A stretch of 64,000 nucleotides of DNA from Okamejei kenojei. Lineage: Eukaryota. The notes beneath the pieces are model-generated. The model worked only from the letters and a program-made list of their open reading frames with translations. It ran no database searches and had not been told where the DNA came from. The position numbers and the translations under genes are program-made. Positions 1-10,694 of the stretch are shown here, one piece after another (positions within the stretch are counted from its first letter, which is position 1; every line of letters begins with the position of its first letter). The stretch is taken from positions 5,022,001-5,086,000 of the forward strand of contig CM069161.1 of the NCBI GenBank assembly GCA_035221665.1, read 5' to 3'.

Positions 1-199
1 ATTAAAATTGTTATTCCATAAAAATATTTAACCGGGAGTATTAAACTCTGATGTGTACAAAATCCATCAGTCAAGTATATGATAATATCTATACTTAATA
101 CTTATTAAAAGCTATAATAATAAGAAAATATAAAAAAATAAATAATAAAAAAAATAAGAAAAAGGGAAGAAAAATATAGAAAAAATAAAATATTTTTAT

Positions 200-790
200 A
201 GTGATTGGAATGTGAATGTCACCGAATCTGGTGCGTTAAAAACTATCAATATTTGCACCATAATAACAGTTCCATAATTGCAAATCAGAAAGCTAATTAG
301 AATAGTTTTATCCACAATCCTCTGGGATACAACTTTGAATAGGAAACATAAACTAGTTGTGGAATCAATAGCTTTGGTTTTAATTTGAATTCCGGAAGGC
401 CATGATCTATAAACAGGATCAGGGAGTTCTCTTTAGCAGCATTGCTATTTGGGAGCCAGTTCACATATGCTAGTCTCCTGGAATTTGAGTTCGGGAATGT
501 CTACATAAAACTGATTTAAATTCTATTGTGTCATTGCCTCTGAATTAAAGGAAGCAGCACGGATTAATATTATTTCTTTGCCAGCACACTTAGTAGGGAG
601 AGTCCTAATTTTCCCTCTTGCTGTTTTTCCAGCTGGCATTTACCTGTAATTGGGAGAATTCCAAATCTCAAGTGAGTTCCTCTTCATTTGAAATTAACTT
701 CCACGTGAAGCATTCGAAACAAATTGATATGAACTAGCACTCTCTAACTAAGGTAGTGAGGGGCCATTTTTAGGAAGACCCGCCATATTC
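200..790 (-). mobile_element. Possible highly decayed L1/Tx1-like 5' region/ORF1 remnant
   Basis: Minus strand begins GAATATGGCGGG (L1-like ATGGCG start). A broken frame reads ...DHGLPEFKLKPKLLIPQLVYVSYSKLYPRGLWI, weakly like L1 ORF1. Similarity is weak. Confidence 0.25.
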
Positions 791-984
791 AATAAAATGA
801 GCTAGGAATGCAATATAATTCCTCTTAATGCAAATATCTCCACTTTTCTCCCTGGTCCCATTGCCAATGACCTTGAAATTATATCCTCTGATTAGGACAT
901 TGGTTATGGAGGTTGTGGAAGCATCTGTATTCTAATCATTAAGGATTTGGACAGTGCAGGCAGAGTGAAACAGTTCCTGTGGGC

Positions 985-1862
985 CGGGGTCGACAACCTT
1001 GTTCTGCATTGGGGCCAGGACCCATGTCTGTGAGCGGATGGCGGGCCACATCAATCGCCATAGTTAATTAATGGAAGTAATAATAATACATACCAACTAA
1101 ACTTTGATTTATAGTTATATATTTAAGCAATATTATGTCTACTGAACATAGCAGTTAGTTTGAGACACTGGTATTGAAACAACCCTCAACCGTCTCTGTC
1201 AGCCTGTTTGTCTGTCTCATAGCAGCTAGTGTGACACTTGGTGTTGTTTTTCACTCTACAGTCACTCAATATTAGGTGACCGGCTGGAAGAGGCCAGATG
1301 CAAGACGCCATCTAAATGGGCATCAGTCAGTCGGTTTCCTAATTTACTCTTCAAGTATTTCAGTTTTGAGAAGAGTTGCTCGCACATGTAAGTACTGCCG
1401 AACGTTGATGTCATTTTCTTCGCGGGATCTACAAATTTGGTATACATACCAGTTTCAAGAAGATATTTCTTGTAGAACACTAGTGGAGATACGTCCGTTG
1501 CATTACATTCAGATCTTAATACATCGCTGCACTGCATGTCAATAAGTTCCATTTGAACATTTTCTGGTGCGATGTCTCACATTGTATCACAGTCACAAAT
1601 GTGTTGGTGTCTGTGGGTTGGGTCTCCTGGAGTTTAGGGAAATGAGGGTAGCATGATTTCTCAAGCTGGCATTCCCATGGTCGTAGTTTTGTTTCGAAGG
1701 CGATGATGTGTCCACACACTTCATGTATGAGTTAATTTTTTTCCCTGAAGTTGCAAGTTGAGGTTGTTTCAATAAGCTGTTAAATCTACCAGAAATGCTA
1801 GACTCAAAATCCATTTAGGACTCTAGATGCGGGCCGGATGGGCCGTAGGTTGCCGACCCCTG
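985..1862 (-). mobile_element. Internally deleted hAT (Charlie/SPIN/GTF2IRD2-like) DNA transposon
   Basis: TIRs C(C)GGGGTCGACAACCT at ~985 and AGGTTGCCGACCCCTG ending 1862. Minus ORFs 1516-1719 (HIIAFETKLRPWECQL) and 1262-1552 (FGSTYMCEQLFSKLKYLKSKLGNRLTDAHL) match the hAT C-terminal dimerisation region. Right flank GTGTAGAC fits the Charlie-type NTCTAGAN target. Confidence 0.9.
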
Positions 1863-1929
1863 GTGTAGACAGAGCTACCAAGAATTAATGTTCTTAACAC
1901 CTCCAAACAAATGTAAGATTTAGAAATGT

Positions 1930-2185
1930 TAAATCGGACAGTGTGCAGGGCAAGTTTTTACATCAAGAGCGGTAAGTGCCTAGAACACGCTGCCAGGGGT
2001 GCTGGTGGTTACAGATGAGGAGAGGTGATTGGCAGATAGAGTCATACATACAGTATGGGAAACAGGTCCTTCAGCCCAATTTGCCCATGCCATCCAGCGT
2101 GCCTCATCTACACTAGTCTCGCCGGCCCCCGCTTGGCCCATTACTCTCTAAACCTGTCCTATCCATCTACCTACCCAATTGGCTC
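1930..2185. mobile_element. CR1/HER1 LINE 3' fragments (plus, then minus)
   Basis: ggggcaagttttttac...tagaacacgctgccaggggtg, followed by the reverse-complement tail gtcatac...ggaaacaggtccttcagcccaa...ctctaaacctgtcctatccat. Confidence 0.65.
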
Positions 2186-2269
2186 TTGTGTGCAGAGAGA
2201 GTGACAAATGGAGTCAAAAGAATGTCAGATAAGGACGGAAGAGAAGGAGTGATATGTCACTATCTCCAC

Positions 2270-2660
2270 TCATCAGCCAATCATTCTCCTTACCTGTATC
2301 CACCTATCACTTCCCAGGATAGACACAAAATGCTGGGAGTAACTCAGCGGGTCAGGCAACATCTCTGGAGAAAAGGAATAGGTGACGTTTCAGGTCAAGA
2401 CTTGTTCAGACCCAGCGTCCTATTCATTGTCTCCAGTGATGCTGCCTGACCCGCTAAAGTTACTCCACCATGTTGTGTCTATCTTCAGTGTAAACCAGCA
2501 TCTGCAGTTCCTTCCTATCAGACTTTGCCCCACCCCGACCTCTCTTTACTAGACGTCTCCCACTACTCCATCAGACTGAAGAAGTGTCCCAACCAGAAAT
2601 ATCCTCTGACCATTTCCCTCTACAGACCCGCTAGATTCCTCTTGTAGATTATTTTTTGCT
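2270..2660 (+). mobile_element. Penelope pLTR remnant with nested fold-back pLTR element (~2318-2520)
   Basis: gacacaaaatgctgggagtaactcagcgggtcaggca ... tgctgcctgacccgctaaagttactcca...tgtgtctatc is an inverted repeat. Decayed hammerhead core ctgaagaagtgtcccaaccagaaa at ~2576. Confidence 0.75.
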
Positions 2661-3221
2661 TTGAGCGAGTAGATGGGACTTTGGTTTAATAATAAAGCCA
2701 AATGATAGCACCTCTATCAATGCCACACTTATTCAATGCTGGTATGGCAGTTATAATTTTAATTTTACAGTGTTGTTAATTCGTATTTTCTTGGATGTTC
2801 TCTGTTAGGGAACGCAGAAATGTGTGCTTTGCTGAAACCAAATACAGAGTGTAACTGGGGCAGGAAGCACGAGTATGACATTAATAATTTGAATTTAGCC
2901 TTCAGCTTTGCAAAATATCTCAAGAGGACTTGCACAGGAGTAGGTGGGAAATTGTGGAAGATGATCAAAGTACCGTCAAAGAAATAATGTACTCAAAGTG
3001 GTTTTTGGTTATGGAAAAAGATGTGACAAATTAGAAAAGTTCAAAGAAAAATGTTGCAGGATAATATGCAAAATAGCAGGAGAACTGAAATACTGAAATA
3101 TAAATAGATGTCCAATGTGAACTCATTACAACTGAACTGTATTTGATGTACAGGTATATTATGAGTTTTAATGGCCAGTTTTTAATGGTCATGTCTCTCA
3201 GCATTTTAAAATATTATTTAA

Positions 3222-3790
3222 AGTCATACGACATGGAAACAGGCACCGGTCCAACTTCCCGTGCTGTTGAAGATGCCGCATCTACATTATTCCCCACCTG
3301 CCCGCGTTAGTTTCACATCCCTCTAATCCTTACCCATCCATGTACCTGTTCAAATGTCCTTTAAATGTTGTTGTAGTTCCAACCCCAACTACCTTCTCTG
3401 GCATATCCCATATACCCATCACCCTTGGTGTGAAAAGGTTGCCCCTCAGGTTCCTATTAGATCTTTTCCCTCTCACCTTAAACTTATGTCCTCTGGTTCT
3501 TGATTCCCCTCCTCTGGGTAAAATACTTTATGCATTCGCCCCACCTCTTCCCCTCGTGATCGTATGCACCTCTATAAGATCACCCCTCGTCCTCATAACA
3601 TAACATCCTAACATCTGTACTCCATACCCTGACAGATGATGGTTAATGTACCTCTGAAAGCCTCAATGAAAGCTTCTTGACCACCCCATTTAATAGTGAC
3701 ACAATTTTAAAGGAACTCCTAGATTCCTCTGCTCTACAACACTCCCCAGGGCTCTGCCTATCACTGTCAACGTCCTGCCCTGATTTGACT
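3222..3790 (-). mobile_element. CR1/HER1 LINE 3' fragment
   Basis: Reverse complement of the CR1 ORF2 C-terminus (RGDLIEVHTITRG, RGHKFKVRGKRSNRNLRG) plus the 3' tail. Confidence 0.85.
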
Positions 3791-3794
3791 GTGG

Positions 3795-3932
3795 GAAGAG
3801 GTGTCAGGGGTTATAGGGAGAAGGCAGGAGAATGAGGCTGAGAGGGAAAGACGGATCAGACATGATTGAATGGCAGAATAGACTTGATGGGCCGAATGGC
3901 CTTATACTACTCCTAGAACATATTACCTTATG
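3795..3932 (+). mobile_element. CR1/HER1 3' UTR tail
   Basis: ggtgtcaggggttatagggagaaggcaggagaatg...tgattgaatggcaga...ttgatgggccgaatggcct. The same tail recurs at ~18880-19015, 19960-20085, 45590-45835 and 49005-49185 (minus). Confidence 0.8.
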
Positions 3933-4382
3933 AAGAAGAAAGCCAGAAGAGAGGAGGGGCAGGATTCCCAACCCCCCCCCCCCCCTCCCGCACCACTATC
4001 AGTAGAAAGAAGGATCCCAATACCAAATATCCCCTATCCATATTCTTCAGAGATGCTGCCTGACCAGCTGAGTTGCAGCCAGCAATTTGTGTGTTTTTTT
4101 TGTAACCAGCAACTGCAGCTACTTGTTTCTCAGTAATGGTATCATATCACTGTGAAATTATGGTCTGCTCAGTGAGAAGGATCTTGTTTGATCTGATAAA
4201 AATGAAAAATATATATGTTAAAAGTTGTAGTCTAATAGTTAGCACATATTGAAATGTATATCAAACTTAAAGATGTATGCCTTTGGGAAAAGTGTCATTC
4301 CTTACATATTCATTTTCAAATTAGTATCATTTATGTCCCCTTATGTTCCCACCTGCTGCTGCTGGAAGCTGAAGTAGAGTAG

Positions 4383-7300
4383 AATAGTAAGATTAAATGA
4401 GAACTTACCAGTTTGAAGTTTGATCTTGATTTTATGAGGAGTTACGTTGGTGATTACGTGAAGAAGGCCCGCCAGGACGCCTGCGCAGCAAACTTCAACG
4501 CAGCGGTATGAAATCACAAATAAACAACACCGAAGTAAACAGTAAGATCAGTGACTCGAGAACCACCAGATGATCTTTTATGAGAGAGGGTTGGGCGTGG
4601 CGGGCACTTAATCACCAACGTAACTCCTCATAAAATCAAGATCAAACTTCAAACTGGTAAGTTCTCATTTAATCTTACTATTTTACTTCGGAGTCACGTG
4701 AGTGATTCCGTGAAGAGTTCAAAGCTTTGTGATTTCATGCCGCAGATTACAATCTCGGCATCCCACTGCATTTGATTGACTCGAAAGAGAAATAAATGCA
4801 TTAGTAATAACATTGTATTCAATGTAATGATAGGGTTTATTTAACAATGTAAACACACAACAGTACTCCTAAAATTTAGGTACTTAAAATGTCATTGGCA
4901 AACAGCCCTGGATTGACAATTGGCCGATGATACATTTCTGAAACATCAGCTCATTTGCCCATCCGACGGCTACTAAAATTTGGTCGAAGGACACATACCT
5001 CCATTTGACCGCCAACATAGCTGCTGCCCTAGTATAATGAAATGTAAACACACTATCTAAATGATATACTGACGTTGATGCTGACCTGGTGGAATGAGAC
5101 ATACAATCGTCAATGTTAATACCTGGTGCAGCCACCTTGAAATCGTCTGAACCGATTGTTAATAAACCGATTGTTTATTAACTAATACACAGTGCTGAAT
5201 CCATACTTCTAAGGATTCTGGTGGCCTTGATAACATAAAATTGAGTGGGGTATTCAAATGATCTTAAAACCATGCCAGCCCTGGTCAGCTCCACTAGTGT
5301 AGACCAGAATGAATATGTAATGGCATGAACAGCCAATTCCATCCTGTCCAGCCACAGCGTTTGCAATGTTTTGCCGTCGTTGTGCTGATATTAGAGTCAT
5401 AACTAAGGATGTAGCTGGAACCCCTTGGTGAAATAATGTTTACACATTTACAATAACCAACTGCATAATCTTGTGATGTGAGTACTTGTATCAAGATCTT
5501 TTGAACAGCTTGATATCCGGGTTGGACCCGACAATGTAGTTCCCTTATGTTACAGCTGTAATTTCTCTATAACTGAACTATTGTCAATATCACTTAAAAT
5601 GAACTGGAAATGTCAGTAATTTGTATCGTATCAAATGTATCATAATATTTAACAACATTTCTGATCCCCTCAATAGAGATGTACTGCTTTTTTGGATGCT
5701 ATCCATGCATACTGCAGTGAACACCCTCATGGCTAAATGTGACAACCTGAGGCATAAGTTAATCCATTGAAAATGTGTAAGTCAATAATCGTTTTACTGT
5801 GCAAAGACCAGTCTCCTGAACCACAGTTTAAAACAGCAAGTTCTTGCTTTTTGGCATAACTGAATACCGTTGTGCCATAATGCCTGATGAAGCAGGCAAC
5901 ATGGACGCTTGGCCAGTCCGATAGTACGAATCCAAACGAGGTCTTGCTGACTGTTTAAGACCCAGCTAATGAGGAAGACAAAAAGTCCATTCCTCCTATT
6001 GAAACGAGAATATATTTCTCCACACTGTTGTGTCACATATTTTTGCAAACAGTGAACATGCATAAACATGACGAACATTTGATGAAGTATTGAATCATGC
6101 TTTCATCATACTTTGAGATCCAACATTTATTCTGTGTTATCATCAATCTAAACTGGACGATACACCAGTGGCAAGGATTAATTACAGGATATTCTTCCTA
6201 ATTACCATGAGACCAACATATGTCACCATTGTAGAGCAGCAACTTAACTTTGTGCATGAAGAATATGTATATTCACTCAAAACCTTACTCAACGGTGCAT
6301 TAAGTGTATATATTTAGTTGATACCAACAACTGAAGAATTGGTACTCATGCAATCTCCACTACCTTTGAGTAGGTGATGGTATTTGGAACTTTTCATCTT
6401 AGAGTCGAACATCAGTTCATAATAACTGAATTCAACCGACCACACTACTGTAGCGAGTTTCAAGTTCAAGTTCAATGAGTTATTGTCATATTCAGCAATG
6501 CTGAATACTGTTACTTCATCATTGTGGCTGAAGTAGCCTCAGCTGACAATAGCACAAGGGTGTTAGCAACGATCTAATTGCTACTTACACAATATCAGTT
6601 CCTTGATTAGCTCAGCTGCAATCCAGCTGCCATATTGCCAATTACTTTAATCAGTTTTGTAACAGATTGGTATAACCCCAATCTCTTGCCACAAGGTGGA
6701 GACAAGGCTAATAATAATTACAGGTAAATCCCAATGACCAACAACAGTCTATCCCATACTGCAAAGCCCACTGTTATAGTACAGTTATATTGTCTTTGAT
6801 AACCTTTGTAATGGAATTTGTATAACATGAATCTCTTACCTTATGAACCTGTTGAAGTCAGGAGTAAATGTTTTACATACAGAAGTTCATATGCCAGATA
6901 CTCATCATTCTTCATAATAACATGCCAATCCTGCCTTTTGCATGGGTGGTTTGCATGAGAACCTCTGCCCAATTTCCAAACCCTGGCCATAGTCCAACTT
7001 ACTTGGAATGCTCCGGCTGTGCCTCAACCAAATATTTTACCCCTTGTGTGTTGTACAAACAAATGTAAATATTACAACTTGTGAACTGTGCACTACCCAA
7101 ATTTTGGATGTGCTAGACCCATTTAGTTGAGCATGATCGGAAGGTGCATGGAATTTCTGATCTATCATGCTGCCCCCAGCTCCAGTGAACCTCTACTGCC
7201 GATGAGCACCTGGGGTGTGTTTCTGAACGATGACTTTTGCCCGTTGATGGTCGAATTAATTCATCTGACAGGCTTCTTCCCCTGTAGAATAGACCTATCT

Positions 7301-8473
7301 GAATAACCGATTCAGCGGCTAGCTCTTACATCCCCCTGTAGGCGTTGTTCACTTCCGGCACATATGTACTTGAGTCTGTTCTATTGACAAGTTGAGAGCC
7401 CAGAGTCATCTTAATCTTTTGCTCTTCCCTTCTAAGAAGGGTGATTCACAGGCAACTCTAACAGGTGCTGCCGCAGGCCGTAGGATACAATACTGATATG
7501 AACCCATTGGCCTTACCCCAATAGAATATTTTACTGGGATGGCAACATAATTGTCAGGAAAAGTACCTCTGACACGTGCCCTTCATCCCTTTGGGTATGC
7601 CCCACGGCCATACCCTGAGACTCAGTGTCAGCCGGATACTGACCCATCTTGGTCTCTGCCTCCAAGAGGGAGACCTTTGCAGCACGGTATACAACAGTTG
7701 CTGTATAAGGATAGTCGTTTCAACGCACTATCCAGCCACGGTGAGGAATTCATCCCCCGACTCCGTGGGCCTTGCTCTTTAACCTGTCCCATAGGCCGCG
7801 CTATTGCTGTGTAAGCTCACTAAATCAACATTTAGTGTACAGCTTTACCTGTGCATAGGCCCGCGCTATGTGCTAAACTATAATAACATTGTCAGAACAA
7901 TACCATATGACGATAACCTTTTTACTTTGCCTTATGTTTTTTACTTAAAGAAAAAACACTTTAAAATACATACTTTTAATTATAAGGAGAATCCTTATAT
8001 CCCAACTCACCTGAGGGCTGAATGAGTCCCAGTAATTATTTGACTGGGGACCAACGTTTGTGAGCCACTGACCCCACTGTCAGTGGCTCCAGCGTTGCTT
8101 CCTTGCCGTTCCCACGGCATTCCTGCAGCTGGGGAGCCGCTAACTGCACTTTAGGCATTCCTGCAACCCACTGTTAGCGCAACACGATCAATTTTGCCGG
8201 TTTTTCCGCATTTGCGGTCGGACTGAAATTTCACCACAGTCCATCACCGGCAAATTGTCGGGCTGCAAAACTGGCAGTAAACCTCTGTAAAAAGAGGCTC
8301 CTGCCTAAAACCCCTGGTAAGTAAAAATAAACTTACCTTTAAGTTTAACTTACCACAGGCAGGAGCTCAGTCCTGCCTGACTGGTGCTTGCGCCAATGCG
8401 GCTGACGTAATGCTGCGCATGCGGCCTGGCGGGCCTTCTTCACGGAATCACTCACGTGACTCCGAAGTAAAAT
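4383..8473 (-). mobile_element. DIRS1-like tyrosine-recombinase retrotransposon, coding regions degenerate
   Basis: ITRs: 4457-4490 vs revcomp 8411-8444 (2 mismatches in 34). ICR: 4609-4682 is the exact revcomp of 4383-4456 (74 bp), and 4680-4716 is the exact revcomp of 8437-8473 (37 bp). A YR C-terminal remnant lies at 4884-5135. Confidence 0.93.
4884..5135 (-). pseudogene. DIRS tyrosine recombinase C-terminal remnant
   Basis: APGINIDDCMSHSTRSASTS...SFDQILVAVGWANELMFQKC matches the DIRS YR box II pattern (AGID..F.AHSTR.A.TS...I...AGW....F.+.Y). The catalytic Tyr appears lost. Confidence 0.85.
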
Positions 8474-8479
8474 TCTGTA

Positions 8480-8995
8480 GCACTTTGGTTAGACTGCATT
8501 TGGAGTATTGTGTGCAGTTCGGGCCGCCCCATTACAGGAAGGATGCAGCAGCTTTGGATAGGGTGCAGAGGAGGTGTATCAGAACGCTGCCTGGATTACA
8601 GGGTTTCAACCACAACGAGAGGGGGGATAGACATAGTGTGTTTTCACAGGAACGTCAGAGGTTGAGGGGAGATGTATAATTATGAGAGGCATAAATAGGG
8701 TAGACACTCAGAACCTTTTCCCCAGGGTGGAAATATCCAACATTAGAGAGCATAGCTATAAAGTAAGAGGGGGAATGTGTGATGTGTTATACAGAGAATG
8801 ATGGGGCCCTGGAATCCATTGCCGGGGGTGGTGGTGGAGGCTGATTCAATAGCGGCATTTAAGAGGCTTGAGGATAGGCACATGGAAGTGCGGGGAATAG
8901 AGGGATATGGATCATCTGCAGGCAGATGAAACCAGTTTAACTGCTTTAACAAACATTGGGGGTTCATGTGCTGTACTGCTCTATGCTCTATGTAA
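8480..8995 (+). mobile_element. CR1/HER1 LINE 3' fragment
   Basis: TLVRLHLEYCVQFGPPHYRKDAAALDRVQRRCIRTLPGL...RLRGD is the CR1 ORF2 C-terminal domain, followed by the 3' tail. Confidence 0.9.
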
Positions 8996-10556
8996 GTTCA
9001 AGATTTCATGTCCACAAACCTCTGTTCACTCACAATAATGCTGTTTCCAATAAATTGTTAAAGCAATAGCTGGATTAGAAATAATTGTACATTTATCATC
9101 ACAGTTGAGGTCAGCTTCATGCAGGAGAGAGATTGTATCTCAGACCACTGCTCCATATGATTCAGTTCCATTCTAGTGATTGCAGCACTTGTTTGAATCT
9201 TTAAAAGCTTCGATTGTTGCCCAGTAATTTGCAGCTTATAAGCACAAGGCATTAAAACATGTGTATTGCAATAATTTCACATAAGTGGGTCAATTACTGA
9301 TGTATTAAACTCTTTCCAAATAATGTATGTACTTGCAATTCCACTGGCAATGCTGTGTTATGACAGACTTACACATGTGTAATAAACTATGTGTGATCAT
9401 GTTCACATTATTCCAAAAATAAATATACAAAGCTTGAATAATTGGGGATATTTACTACGTTAAATTTTGCTCAGATATTTAAATATTAATTACACTGATA
9501 AATACAAGCTCTGCCGACAGTGCTCATAGCTTGAGAATTATTTCTGTTTATATTGTACCTATCATGTGTTATTTAAAATGCCATCCTAAAAAAAATACAG
9601 AGCCCCTTTGTTGTCTGGCTATCAAAAAACCTTGTACCATCAATGACTACTGGTACCCCTTTCTCATTCAGAGATTCACTCCATGATATGGGTTAGGGAG
9701 TTTTAAACTGAGGATCCTTTACATCTAAGCCTTTGGAGCTTATTGGTTCCCATATAGTGGAAATGTACATTGTTTGGTACAACAAGAATGAGATAGGGTT
9801 AAACAGATTAACAGTTACCCTTTCTGAACCACTGGGTCTTACTTTGTCAGTGACATGTCCTGTCCATGACAACGCTCAGACCACATCATAAAATGGTAAA
9901 TATCATAATATTGCAAATAGCCAATATTGCAAACTAAAACTAAGTTGAATTCATTTAAAATATAAATAATTATACGGACGCAAATTTGTGCAATATAGTT
10001 CTTGGCTTGCATCGTGCTTAAACTGTGAGAAAATTAATCCTTCAGTTCAACAAGCGGAGAGGTGATGTGTAATTTGGATATGCACTGCAACTTCTTCCGT
10101 GAAAAAGTTACAGAGTGTGCCCGTTGGAAAGTCAACCAGGAGAATATTATAACAGCAAAGTTTAGAGGGACCAAAGACATGCATTTGAATGGGCAGGAGT
10201 CGAATAGAAGCAAAAATGATGGAAGAATACATGGTCAGAAACACAACTTAATTTGATGGCAAGAACGCAAACAGGTTCACATCAAGAAAAGGGAAGGGAG
10301 AAAGATGGGAATTAATAATTTCCTGCTAAAGCACACTATCTGATTTGCACAAATTAATTCATTCAAAGTTGAATTATATTTATTGAGCGGACCTGCAAAC
10401 AATACAATATTCTGGACTGAAATAGGTCCGCAGCAGAATGAGATTTTAAAACTGTAGTATGATGACCAAACACTTATGTCCCAAATGCTGTTTAGGTATC
10501 CTTCATCTCCAGAACTGGCAGATAAAATCAAAAATTGTTCATGAAAGAAAAATACT

Positions 10557-10694
10557 CATCTTCTTGTGTATGGCGTGCGCAGCCGAAAGTTGTGGGACAA
10601 CTTGTTCTATTTGATCTTATTTGATTGTGCACGCCAGGTTGATTGCATTCATTGAAACAGGGCGGAGCACGTGAAGGTTGCAATCTCCCACCCC
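10557..10694 (-). mobile_element. Short non-autonomous retroposon with HDV-like ribozyme head and (AAG)n tail, copy A
   Basis: 11-bp TSD AGAAAAATACT (10546-10556 and 10695-10705). Minus strand starts GGGGTGGGAGATTGCAACCTTCACGTG and ends GCCATACACAAGAAGATG. Homologous to 41862-41988. Confidence 0.88.
10641..10694 (-). ncRNA. HDV/CPEB3-like self-cleaving ribozyme fold (this copy mutated)
   Basis: P1 GGGGTGG/CCGCCCT with G1.U wobble; J1/2 GA; P2 GATTGCA/TGCAATC; P3 ACC/GCT (GGT in copy B); L3 TTCACGT; P1.1 G; minimal P4 TTTCAA; J4/2 TGAA (T at the catalytic C position, consistent with CpG decay). Confidence 0.8.
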
